Below, one piece after another: positions 9,169 to 17,962 of a DNA stretch of 35,639 nt. Positions within the stretch are counted from its first letter, which is position 1, and every line of letters begins with the position of its first letter. A program made the position numbers and the translations under genes. The stretch covers positions 1 to 35,639 of the forward strand of contig DATGZZ010000074.1 of the NCBI GenBank assembly GCA_035296945.1. Reading direction: 5' to 3'. The stretch comes from Reyranella sp. (lineage in GTDB: Bacteria; Pseudomonadota; Alphaproteobacteria; Reyranellales; Reyranellaceae). The notes beneath the pieces are model-generated. The model was not told where the DNA came from, searched no databases, and saw only the letters and a program-made list of their open reading frames with translations.

Positions 9169-9324
9169 CAAGAGCCCACCCAAGAAGGCTGAGCGACAGG
9201 CCAGTTAGAACTTCCGAGGGACCCAACCGCCGCCACCTTCCTGGAAGACGAACCGGCGCGGCAAAGCGTTACAGCCGTACTGGCTTAAGGGCGCTCGAGG
9301 GTCGCCGCCCCCAGCGACGGCGCT

Positions 9325-9789
9325 TCACCCCGCCCGGCTTACGTCCACGATGCACGGCCGTATCGCGTCGCCTGACAGATCGAGCGTCGCCAGTGCAATG
9401 GGCAGGCTGAAGCGTCGTGGCCCCGCGCTTCCCGGATTGAGGTAGATGACACCGTTGACGGTTTCGATCTTCGGGCGATGCGAATGGCCCGAGACGACCA
9501 CGTCGATGCCGGCCGCCGCCGGGTCGAGGCCGAGCTCCGCGAGATTGTGAAGCACGTAGAACCACCGGCCGCCCAGCTTGACGCGTTCCGTCTGCGGATA
9601 ACCGGCTGCCCACTCATCCCGGTCTATGTTGCCTCTTACGGCCGTGACCGGTGCGATCCTGCGCAGTTCCGAGATCACTTCGGCGCGGCCAATGTCGCCT
9701 GCATGAAGAATGTGGCCGACGCCCGCGAGCCGTTCGACGGCTTCGGGGCGCAACAGACCATGCGTATCCGAAATGATGCCAACCTTCAT
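9325..9789 (-). CDS. Metallophosphoesterase, YfcE/MJ0936 family
   Basis: ISDTHG, HAGDIG, VRGNID, SGHSH and NPGSAGPRRF calcineurin-like motifs. Confidence 0.92.
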   Translation of the reverse strand: MKVGIISDTHGLLRPEAVERLAGVGHILHAGDIGRAEVISELRRIAPVTAVRGNIDRDEWAAGYPQTERVKLGGRWFYVLHNLAELGLDPAAAGIDVVVSGHSHRPKIETVNGVIYLNPGSAGPRRFSLPIALATLDLSGDAIRPCIVDVSRAG

Positions 9790-9874
9790 GATCGAGGCCG
9801 TGCGCGGCAGGCGATCCTGCTACGGCTCGGGGCGGATGTTAAACGATATTCGAGGCCCGGCAGGGCGCAGCCGC

Positions 9875-10081
9875 TCACATTCGTTCGATCGGGCCGGAGG
9901 TGTCGGCGGCTGCTGCCTGTGCCTCGAGCTCGTTGGCGCGCGATTCCAATTCCGCCGCGAAGCGCTCAAGCCGCTCGATCTCCGAGGTGCGTGTCAGTCC
10001 TCGAGCCATGCGGAGAGCGCGGGCAGCCGCGTCATGATTGCTGCGGGCTTCACTTTGCAACTCAGGTGCGGTCTTCACCAT
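9875..10081 (-). CDS. Small helical-hairpin hypothetical protein (68 aa)
   Basis: ATG at 10081 with GGAGG immediately upstream. Ungapped similarity to the 18715-18936 protein (16/46 identities by my manual count). Confidence 0.65.
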   Translation of the reverse strand: MVKTAPELQSEARSNHDAAARALRMARGLTRTSEIERLERFAAELESRANELEAQAAAADTSGPIERM

Positions 10082-10230
10082 GGCCTCCAGTTCCAGGACG
10101 AAAGGGCACGGCACCGGGCCGAGGTTTGCAAAGCGACTGACGAAGCGATTCTGAACAGCCCGCGGTCTGGCACCGTGTTGGCTGTAACGATCGGACAAGA
10201 GGCTCTGTTGCCGACGTGACCGTGACTGTT

Positions 10231-10449
10231 CTAGGACCGCGGCGACAGCTGGATGCCATCCGGTAATGCCGGTGGCAGAGGGTCCAGCTCCGCCATCGCC
10301 GCCAGCTTTTCATAGATACTGGCGATCTGCAGCATGCCCTGCCGTGGCCCGGTACTGATCATTCGCCTTGCCGTCTCACGGGATTCCCGGGCGCGTGAAC
10401 GCCAGTAAACGGCATTGCGCTCCTCGACGCTGGCCAAGCTGATTTCCAT
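10231..10449 (-). CDS. Small helical-hairpin hypothetical protein (72 aa)
   Basis: Core YWRSRARESRETARRM....RQGMLQIASIYEKLA matches a small alphaproteobacterial protein pattern I recognise (R.RA.E.R..A..M.....R..ML.IA..YE.LA). G-rich SD-like stretch upstream. Confidence 0.65.
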   Translation of the reverse strand: MEISLASVEERNAVYWRSRARESRETARRMISTGPRQGMLQIASIYEKLAAMAELDPLPPALPDGIQLSPRS

Positions 10450-10587
10450 GTCATACCCCCGTGGCGCCGCAGCGCCCTGCCCACGCCTGATAGTGGCAAG
10501 AAGGTCGGGCTCCCGGTGTGACCTATCGGTGGCAGGCGGGCGACGGGCGTCGCCGCCGTCGTGGCGTCGCCAATGTCTCGCTTTCTC

Positions 10588-10612
10588 GCAACGTGTTGCA
10601 GCCGATGGCATT
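10588..10612 (+). promoter_or_regulatory. Candidate ECF-sigma (EcfG-like) promoter
   Basis: GCAAC-N16-CATT ending 30 nt before the ATG at 10643. Near-match to the alphaproteobacterial EcfG consensus GGAAC-N16/17-CGTT. Confidence 0.35.
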
Positions 10613-10642
10613 CACCCGGTGCCACACCCAGGAGGGAACGCG

Positions 10643-10963
10643 ATGTACCTGGCCCGCTTTTCGTACGACGTGCTGCCCGTGAACCGCCAGCGCGCGATCG
10701 ACTTCATCTTGCGCGAGGTCAAGGCCGCCCGCGGCGATGGCCTCAATGCCCGGCTGCTGGTGCCGCTGACACGCCACCACGACAGCGCCGCCCTGCAGTT
10801 CGAGCTCGAGCTGGCGCGTCTCGACCAGCTCGACCAGTTCCGCGAGCGCGGCGTCGGCACCGGCGAGGAGACCGGCAACTGGATGCGGGCGTTCAGCGAG
10901 ATCCTCGTGGCCCCGCCTGTGGTCGAGATCCTGCGCGTGGCCGAGGCGCAGCCGGCATCGTAG
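10643..10963 (+). CDS. Hypothetical protein, possible dimeric alpha+beta barrel fold (106 aa)
   Basis: ATG at 10643 with GGAGG SD (MYLARFSYDVLP...). Alternating strand/helix pattern and typical high-GC codon usage. The fold is inferred. Confidence 0.7.
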   Translation: MYLARFSYDVLPVNRQRAIDFILREVKAARGDGLNARLLVPLTRHHDSAALQFELELARLDQLDQFRERGVGTGEETGNWMRAFSEILVAPPVVEILRVAEAQPAS

Positions 10964-11194
10964 TGCGCGGAGGAGATGCCGCCGCGGCCAAGCTAGACTT
11001 GCCGCATGACCGGTCCCAGCCATCACGCCCGCTATCGCAGCGTCTTGCTGTTTGCGGGAGTCGCGGCCCTGGGCCTACGTCCGGTAGCCAGTCGCTCCTT
11101 GTTTGACAGGGAGGCCTCCGGGGCCTGAAAATTCCGCCAGGCCAAAGGCCTACCTGTGTTGCAACGACAAGGCGTCTCTCTCCTACCGGTAGCC

Positions 11195-12091
11195 ATGCCA
11201 CATTCCGAACGGCGACTGTCTGCGATCCTGCATGCCGATCTCGCTGGCTTCGTGCGCCTGGTGGAGGCCGAGGAAGACCTGACTTTCGAGCGCCTCCGGT
11301 CGGCGCGCGGCGCAATCTGGCAGCCGGCCATTGAAGGCGCCGGCGGCTCCCTGATCCACAGCACGGGCGACGCCATGCTGGCCGAGTTCGGCTCGGCAGC
11401 CGCCGCCGTCCAGGTGGCCATCGACATCCAGGAGCGCATGGCGCGGTTCAACGAGGGTCTCGCCGAGGAGCAGCGCCTCCTGTTTCGCATTGGCGTCCAT
11501 CTCGGCGAGATCATCTTCGACGACACAAACCACGATATTTTCGGCGACGGCGTGAACCTGGCCGAACGCATCCAGGTGCTGGCCGAACCGGGCGGGATCG
11601 CCGTGTCGCGCGCGGTACGCGACGTCGCCCGGTTGCGGGACGACTATGCCTACATCGACGGCGGCGAGCATCAGGCCAAGCACGTCAGCCGTCCCCTGCA
11701 CATCTACCGGGTCCGCGCCCGCATGAGCTCCGTCACCGTACCGAGCAGGCGGGCGCCCTTGCGGGGAGTCGTCCATTTTCACGGTGCCGACGACAGCGGG
11801 CGCAAATTCGGCTTCGACGTGGCAATGGACGAGCTGGTGAGGCGGCAGCAAAGCGTGTTGATCGGCCGGGATGCGAGCGAATGCAATGTCGTCCTGTTGA
11901 ATACCTCGGTATCCCGGCGTCACGCACGATTGAGCGTGGACGGCAACAACATCCTGCACATCGAGGACGTCGGATCGACCAACGGTACCTCGATCAACGG
12001 CGAGCCGATCACTCCCGGGCTGATCCGACCCTTGGAGCCAGGCTCGACGCTCAAGCTGGGAGAAATCGAACTCGTCGTCAGGTACGACTAG
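11195..12091 (+). CDS. Class III adenylate/guanylate cyclase domain fused to a C-terminal FHA domain
   Basis: Cyclase motifs ERRLSAILHADLAGF, TGDAML, FRIGVHLG, DIFGDGVNLAERIQ. FHA motifs IGR, SVSRRHA, EDVGSTNGTSING. Start placed at the ATG at 11195. Confidence 0.9.
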   Translation: MPHSERRLSAILHADLAGFVRLVEAEEDLTFERLRSARGAIWQPAIEGAGGSLIHSTGDAMLAEFGSAAAAVQVAIDIQERMARFNEGLAEEQRLLFRIGVHLGEIIFDDTNHDIFGDGVNLAERIQVLAEPGGIAVSRAVRDVARLRDDYAYIDGGEHQAKHVSRPLHIYRVRARMSSVTVPSRRAPLRGVVHFHGADDSGRKFGFDVAMDELVRRQQSVLIGRDASECNVVLLNTSVSRRHARLSVDGNNILHIEDVGSTNGTSINGEPITPGLIRPLEPGSTLKLGEIELVVRYD

Positions 12092-12105
12092 ACTAGACTT
12101 GTTGC

Positions 12106-12855
12106 ATGACCGGCCCCAGCCATCGCAGCCTCTATCGCAGCCTGCCACTGGTTCTCGGCGGACTGCTGGCATCCTTCCTGTTGTTGGTCGCCGGACTCAC
12201 CGGCATCTTGCCCATCGCCGCGCGCGAGCAGCGGCTGGCGCTGGCGCTCGGCATGCTGGGCGGGTTCGTGTTGATCTTCGCCCTGTGTGCGCTGGCGTCG
12301 CTGCGCCGGCATCGCTGGACGATCGATGTCGACGCCGTTCTGATCGAAGAGCAGCCACTGGTGCCGATGATCGGCCCCCGTCGCGTGCGGCGCGTGCCCT
12401 TCGGCGACGTCGCCTCCTTGAGCAACGTGTCGGAGGGCGGGGACACGTTGTTGGCACTCACGACCCGCGACGGCGAGCACTTCGTGCTGCCGCCCGTGCG
12501 GACGAGAGGTGCCGGACCTGCCGCCAAGCCGGACCAGGAAGGGCTGGCCAGCTTCGCCGCGCGGCTGCAGGCGGCGATGACGCAAGCCGGCATTGTTGCG
12601 CCGCCGGTGACGGACGGCCTGGGATTCTGGAACCGACCATCGGGGTTGGCCCTGCTGACCGCCGTGTTCCTGGCAAGCCTGGCGGTAGCCGCGGTCATCC
12701 TGTGGGGCCTGTGGGAAGGGGAAATCAGGCGCGCCCGCACCCACGCAGCCGCCGCCTTCCTGGTCGCGCTGCCGATCGCCCTGGGTTGGTGGCTGCGCCG
12801 ATGCTGGCAGCGTCGGCGCGACGTGCTGCGGGCGATGCAAGCCCGGCCTTTGTAA
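12106..12855 (+). CDS. Hypothetical integral membrane protein
   Basis: Two pairs of hydrophobic segments flank a soluble middle region. Starts 14 bp after the cyclase stop, so probably co-transcribed. Confidence 0.7.
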   Translation: MTGPSHRSLYRSLPLVLGGLLASFLLLVAGLTGILPIAAREQRLALALGMLGGFVLIFALCALASLRRHRWTIDVDAVLIEEQPLVPMIGPRRVRRVPFGDVASLSNVSEGGDTLLALTTRDGEHFVLPPVRTRGAGPAAKPDQEGLASFAARLQAAMTQAGIVAPPVTDGLGFWNRPSGLALLTAVFLASLAVAAVILWGLWEGEIRRARTHAAAAFLVALPIALGWWLRRCWQRRRDVLRAMQARPL

Positions 12856-12949
12856 CATCCATCCCACACTGCGGCCCTGCCAAGAAGCCTCCGGCGTAGC
12901 CACCACCACCATCATCGGCGTACTCTAGCTAGCGCTGAGGAGTGATGGT

Positions 12950-13897
12950 TTGTCCCCGGCCGAAAGTCCGTCGCGCGGTGCGTCCGCAGCCTTTGTCGTC
13001 GTCGATTGGGGCACCAGCAGCTTTCGCGGCTGGCTGATGTCGGCCGACGGCTTGGTGCTGGCGGAAAGCCGCGGTGGCGAAGGCATGCTACATTGTGCCG
13101 GCGGCGCGGGCTTCGCGCCGGTGCTGCGCGATCATCTCGCCCGACTCGGCGCGCCGGCTGGAGCGCCCGTCCTGATCTGCGGCATGGCGGGCGCGCGGCA
13201 GGGCTGGGTCGAGGCGCCCTATATTAAGGTACCGACGCGGCTCGACACCCTGCACGAGGGCGCCATCCGCATCGATGCGCCGGGCGATATTCGCATCCTG
13301 CCCGGCATCGCGCAGGCTCGCGCCGACCGCCCCGACGTCATGCGCGGCGAGGAAACGCAGCTTTTGGGCGTGACCGAGCCCGGCTTCAGCGGCCTCGTCT
13401 GCATTCCCGGCACCCACAGCAAATGGATCAGGATCGAAGACGATCGCGTCGTCGAGTTCTCGACCTACATGACCGGCGAGCTGTTCTCGGTGATCGCGCA
13501 GCACAGCATCCTGGCACACGCCATCGAGGGATCGGCGCCGGCAGCCGGCGAGGCCTTCCGCGCAGGCCTGTCGACGGCGCTGGCCGAGCCCACGGCCTTG
13601 ACCGCGTTGCTGTTCCGTCTGCGGGCGGCGCAACTGCTGGGCTTCGAGCCGCGCGCGGACGGCGCCGCGCGGCTGTCGGGCCTGCTGATCGGAACCGAGC
13701 TCGGCGATGCGGCACGCCGGCACGGCACGTTGCGATCGGTACGGCTGATCGCAGCCGGCGCCCTCGGGCGGCTCTATGAGGCTGCGCTCGGCGCGCAGGG
13801 GCTCGACGTGACGACAGTCGATGCCGAGCAGGCGTCGCGGCTCGGCCTCGCCAGGGCCGCCCTCAAGATCTGGCGAGCAAAGGTCCGACATGGCTGA
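12950..13897 (+). CDS. dgoK: 2-dehydro-3-deoxygalactonokinase
   Basis: VDWGTSSFR, CGMAGARQGWVEAPY, DVMRGEETQ, PGTHSKW, TYMTGELF, LSGLLIGTE. TTG start with GAGGAG SD at 12937-12942. Confidence 0.93.
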   Translation: MSPAESPSRGASAAFVVVDWGTSSFRGWLMSADGLVLAESRGGEGMLHCAGGAGFAPVLRDHLARLGAPAGAPVLICGMAGARQGWVEAPYIKVPTRLDTLHEGAIRIDAPGDIRILPGIAQARADRPDVMRGEETQLLGVTEPGFSGLVCIPGTHSKWIRIEDDRVVEFSTYMTGELFSVIAQHSILAHAIEGSAPAAGEAFRAGLSTALAEPTALTALLFRLRAAQLLGFEPRADGAARLSGLLIGTELGDAARRHGTLRSVRLIAAGALGRLYEAALGAQGLDVTTVDAEQASRLGLARAALKIWRAKVRHG

Positions 13898-13931
13898 CCC
13901 GGTGAAATGGCCGGCGGTGAAGCGCCTATGA
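13890..13931 (+). pseudogene. Putative 13-codon stub of dgoA (2-dehydro-3-deoxy-6-phosphogalactonate aldolase)
   Basis: The ATG overlapping the dgoK 3' end reads MADPVKWPAVKRL*. From memory this resembles rhizobial DgoA N-termini (..WP.LKR.LVAILRG). It occupies the position where dgoA normally follows dgoK. Confidence 0.45.
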
Positions 13932-13955
13932 CGATGCCGTGCCGGCCAGGCCGGA

Positions 13956-15119
13956 CTAGCGGAGGCCGCCAACCGAGGTCAGCAGCGAGCCGGCCTCGGA
14001 CTGCTGGACGAGCTTGCGGAAGCGCTCGAGATCGGCGCCCTGCAGCCTGGCCCGCTTCGCTTGCGGAAAGGCCAGGGGATCGGTCGCCTGGCCGTTGTTG
14101 ATGACCTCAAAATGGAGATGCGCGCCGGTCGACCGGCCGGTGCTGCCGACGAAGCCGATGACCTGTCCGCGCTGGACCTTTGCGCCCGCGCTGACGTCCG
14201 GAGCAAATGCCGACAGGTGGCCGTACACCGTCGCCAAATTCTGCGCGTGCTCGATGCGAATCCAGTTTCCGTATCCGGCGTTGGGCGCGGCGCCGACGAC
14301 CGTTCCGCTCGCCGCCGCCAGGACCGGCGTGCCGGTTGGCGCGACCAGATCGACCCCGTTGTGCATCAGGAACGTGGCGCCGCCACGGGCAGCGCTCTTG
14401 CCGGGGCCGGGTGCCAAGCCCAGCGCAATGCCGCGCGCCGTCGCCGTGTTGATGGTGGCGCCCACGGTGCCGAGCCGGCTCGGTGCGCCGAGGCCATGCT
14501 GCGGCTGCTCGAACGGGTCGGCGCGAACGCCGAAACCCGACGACACGCTGACCGTCTCCAGCGGCAGCCGCATCGACGGCGCGGCCAACGATTCGCCGCT
14601 GCCGAGCCACAACTGCTCGGCGCCGCGCGTCGGGCGAAAGCCGTAGAAGGCGATCCTGCCCCGGGCGGCCGTCGCGACTTCGGCCGATACGATGCGACCG
14701 GCGCCGATCTCCCGACCGTCGCTTGCGAAAGCCTGCTCGTAGCGAATGAAGAACTTGTCGCCACTGTCGAGCTGGCGCTGATCGAGGGCCGACGACAGAG
14801 CCTCCTTCAGCTTGAGGCTCAAGCCAGCGGGCGCCCCTGCTCTCACGAGCGAGTCTTCGAACGACTCCTCGACGAAGCCGCTGAGCGCGACCTCGCGACT
14901 GATGATCGGATCGTCGGGCGCCGCGGCGATTTCGGTTCCTCCGTCCAGCACCCGTTCTGCAGCACCGAGACCGGCGGGAAGATCACCATCGAGAGCCAGG
15001 CCCGGCGAGGCCGGCCCGCAAACCAGCACGCCAGCGCATGTCGAGACGAGAAAAGCCCGGAACAGCTTGGCCGCACACACCTCAGCGTTCGAAGCAGGCA
15101 TGATCGCCCCTTGCGACAT
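13956..15119 (-). CDS. M23 family metallopeptidase (peptidoglycan endopeptidase)
   Basis: SSGFGVR, HNGVD (HxxxD), GYGNWIRIEH, TVYGHLS, GSTGRSTGAHLHFEV (HxH). N-terminal signal/TM-like segment. Start uncertain (15119 or 15101). Confidence 0.9.
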   Translation of the reverse strand: MSQGAIMPASNAEVCAAKLFRAFLVSTCAGVLVCGPASPGLALDGDLPAGLGAAERVLDGGTEIAAAPDDPIISREVALSGFVEESFEDSLVRAGAPAGLSLKLKEALSSALDQRQLDSGDKFFIRYEQAFASDGREIGAGRIVSAEVATAARGRIAFYGFRPTRGAEQLWLGSGESLAAPSMRLPLETVSVSSGFGVRADPFEQPQHGLGAPSRLGTVGATINTATARGIALGLAPGPGKSAARGGATFLMHNGVDLVAPTGTPVLAAASGTVVGAAPNAGYGNWIRIEHAQNLATVYGHLSAFAPDVSAGAKVQRGQVIGFVGSTGRSTGAHLHFEVINNGQATDPLAFPQAKRARLQGADLERFRKLVQQSEAGSLLTSVGGLR

Positions 15120-15406
15120 TGAACAACCCCACCCGGGCTCAAGACGAGCAGGCCGGCGGTGCCGAGGCCAGTGCCATTACTGTGACGGCGACTTTGTCGA
15201 TGCGCCCGGCGGGCGCGCCGGACAGAAAAATGTCACAGCGTTCCTCGCGGGACGAAGGCGATCCCTCGAAAAGTCGAAGCGGCAGGGCTATGAGCCAGCG
15301 CCGGCAGGGACTATCCTGCCAGCAATGAACCGCGGGGACGCAAACAAGATGGATGGATCATGGCATCCCGGCGCCGATCGCGCCGACGACGGCGGCTGAT
15401 CGTCCA

Positions 15407-15931
15407 ATGACGAGCGTCCTCTTCATCTCGCACCTTGCGGCCGTGCTGCTGGCCGCCCTCGCCCTGTGGACGATCCGTTTCGAATTTGGCGGCAAGGCCG
15501 CCACCCGGCTGGAGTGGGCCGCTCCGGCGGCATTTGCCGTGCTCGCAGCGGTGGTGCTGCTGGTCGTGTCTACGGGCAAGCGCTTCGAGTTGTGGGCCGC
15601 CGTCATCCTCGTCGGGCTCTTGCTGGGCACAGGCGCCGGCATGCTCAAGAAGGTGAACCAGGACCACGGCCGCCAGCTGATCCGCGTGCCGCCGGCCTGG
15701 GACGGCGGCGGCGCGGCGGCACTGCTGCTGCTGCTGGCACTGTTGCGGTTCGTGACCTCCGACCTGATGGGGCGCCAGTCGAGCGGCTTCGGCGTCCTTG
15801 CCGCCGGGGCGACGTTTCTGGCGGCGTTCCTCGCCGCCCGCTACATCGTCGTGCGCTTCTACAAAGCCCCGAGATCGATCCATCTCGACATGACTCACGG
15901 TCGGGACCCGCACAGGACACTCGCCCACTGA
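15407..15931 (+). CDS. Hypothetical membrane protein (about 5 TM; possibly DUF1453/CcdC-like)
   Basis: Five hydrophobic segments. Start uncertain (15353 or 15407). The family label is a weak inference. Confidence 0.65.
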   Translation: MTSVLFISHLAAVLLAALALWTIRFEFGGKAATRLEWAAPAAFAVLAAVVLLVVSTGKRFELWAAVILVGLLLGTGAGMLKKVNQDHGRQLIRVPPAWDGGGAAALLLLLALLRFVTSDLMGRQSSGFGVLAAGATFLAAFLAARYIVVRFYKAPRSIHLDMTHGRDPHRTLAH

Positions 15932-15940
15932 TCCCCTGAT

Positions 15941-16909
15941 CTATTCGAGCTTGATCCCGGCCTCGCGGATCACCTTCGCCCAGCGCTCGGTATCGGCCGC
16001 GACCCAGGCGCCGAGTTCCGCCGGCGAGCCGAGGACGAGGACGACGCCGCGCGGCTCGAGCTTGTCGCGCACGTCGGCTGCGTTGAAGGCATCGCGAGCC
16101 GCCTTGTTCAGAAGGTCGATGACGGCGGGCGGGGTGCCGGCCGGCGCAAACAGCGCGAACCACGCGCCGCCCTGAACGCCGGGGTAGCCGGCCTCGGTCA
16201 TGGTCGGAATGTCTGGCAGCACCGGGACGCGCTGCGGCGCGGCGACGGCCAGGCCGCGCACGCTGCCGTCGCGGATGTGCAGGAGCGCGAACGGCACGAT
16301 GTCGAACATCATCGGCACGCGGCCGGCGATGAGGTCCTGCAAGGCCGGCGCCGCGCCCTTGTAGGGCACGTGCACGATGTCGGTCTTGGTCAGGAGACGG
16401 AACTGCTCGCCCGCGATGTGGCCGCTCGAGCCGATGCCCTGCGAGGCATAGCTCAAGACGCCGGGCTTCGAGCGCGCGAGCTCGACCAGCTCCTTGACCG
16501 ATTTCACCTCGACCTTGGAATTGACCACCAGCACGTTCGGCAGGTTGGCGATGTGGATGATCGGCGCGAAATCCTTGGCCGGATTGTAGGGCAGCTTGGG
16601 ATCCAGGGTCGGCAGGATCGCGTTCGTCGCGTGGAAACCGACGTAGAGCGTGTAACCGTCGGCCGGCGACTTGGCGACGTAGTCCGCCGCGATGACGCCG
16701 CCCGCGCCGGTCTTGTTCTCGACGATGACGGGCTGCTTGATCTTCTCGCCGAACTTCTGGCCGAAGTGGCGCGCCAGGATGTCGGCCATGCCGCCGGGTG
16801 CGGTCGGCACGATGACGCGGACGGGCTTGGCGGGATAGTCCTGCGCAGTTCCCGGGTTGGCGGCCGCAACCAGGGCCAGTAGTGCTGCTACGCAACGTGC
16901 AATCCACAT
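15941..16909 (-). CDS. Bug/TctC tripartite tricarboxylate transporter substrate-binding protein
   Basis: Signal peptide, YPAKPVRVIVP.APGG..D, ENKTGAGG, HVPYKGAAPALQD, PTMTEAG. ATG at 16909 with GGAGG SD. Confidence 0.95.
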   Translation of the reverse strand: MWIARCVAALLALVAAANPGTAQDYPAKPVRVIVPTAPGGMADILARHFGQKFGEKIKQPVIVENKTGAGGVIAADYVAKSPADGYTLYVGFHATNAILPTLDPKLPYNPAKDFAPIIHIANLPNVLVVNSKVEVKSVKELVELARSKPGVLSYASQGIGSSGHIAGEQFRLLTKTDIVHVPYKGAAPALQDLIAGRVPMMFDIVPFALLHIRDGSVRGLAVAAPQRVPVLPDIPTMTEAGYPGVQGGAWFALFAPAGTPPAVIDLLNKAARDAFNAADVRDKLEPRGVVLVLGSPAELGAWVAADTERWAKVIREAGIKLE

Positions 16910-16936
16910 GGGCGTCCTCCCGGTCGATAACATTCG

Positions 16937-17962
16937 TTACGCTGTACGCAGGATCGGGATGGTCTTGCTTCCGAACAATTCATGCGCCGCGGCCACTTCG
17001 TCAATCGCGGCGCCCCAGTGCAGGACGGCCAGGAAATGGCCCGCCCCGACCGCCCGGCACTGCTCGACGATCTGCTCGGCGACCTCGGCCGGTGTCCCGG
17101 TGATGAATTCCTCGTCGCTGATCGTGAAACCGCCGGCCGGCGGCGGCGCATCGGGGACGCTCTGTTTCAGCCTGGAATCCTGGGCCACGAAGCTTTTCAG
17201 CCGCTCGGACACGGCGGCGGCGTAATCCCGCGCCTCGCCCGCAGTCACCGCCACGGCGACCCGGCGACGCAAAGCGAGGCAATCCGGCCCTGCCGCCAAT
17301 CCGGCCGCGTCGGCTTCCGCGCGATAGGCATCGAAGATCGTCCTGATCGTCTCAGTGGAGTTGAAGCCGGTCGAAATCTTCACGCCGCGCCGCGCCGCCC
17401 GTCGCGCCGACTCCACGCTCACAACCGCGGTCCATCGTGGCGGCGAGGGCCGCTGCAATGTCCTCGGCAGGAGCCGCAGGTTCGAGAACGAGAAATGCTT
17501 TCCCCTATGCGAGACAACCCTTTGGGCGAGAGCGGCATCGATCACATCGACGATCTCGTCGCTGCGTTCGCGCGCCTCCTCCATCGTCATGCCGAGGCGC
17601 GCGAGTTCCTGCGGCACACCGACGGCCGTGCCGACTTCGAGGCGTCCGCCCGTGAGAAGATCGAGCAGTCCGATCTCCTCGACGACGCGCGCAGGATGAT
17701 AATAGGGCAGCACGACGCCCATCACGCCGAGCCGCAGTTTGCGCGTGCGCTGCGCCACGGCGGCGATCAGAAGGTTCGGTGAGGCGGAGAACGAGCCGCC
17801 GAAATGATGCTCGCTGAAGAAAATGCCTTCGAAGCCGAGGGCTTCGTCGCGTGCCCACAGATCGAGATAGCGCGTCGCATAGTCGGCCATTTCGGCGGGC
17901 GCCGGATCCCGCGCCTCATCGCCGAGCTCCGGAAAGAACTCGAACAGCCATGGCTTGATCAT
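16937..17962 (-). CDS. Luciferase-like (LLM) flavin-dependent monooxygenase
   Basis: FEGIFFSEHHF, SPNLLIAAVAQRT..LRLG, HPARVVEEIGLLDLLTGGRLE. The ATG at 17962 overlaps the marR stop (ATGA). Confidence 0.92.
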   Translation of the reverse strand: MIKPWLFEFFPELGDEARDPAPAEMADYATRYLDLWARDEALGFEGIFFSEHHFGGSFSASPNLLIAAVAQRTRKLRLGVMGVVLPYYHPARVVEEIGLLDLLTGGRLEVGTAVGVPQELARLGMTMEEARERSDEIVDVIDAALAQRVVSHRGKHFSFSNLRLLPRTLQRPSPPRWTAVVSVESARRAARRGVKISTGFNSTETIRTIFDAYRAEADAAGLAAGPDCLALRRRVAVAVTAGEARDYAAAVSERLKSFVAQDSRLKQSVPDAPPPAGGFTISDEEFITGTPAEVAEQIVEQCRAVGAGHFLAVLHWGAAIDEVAAAHELFGSKTIPILRTA

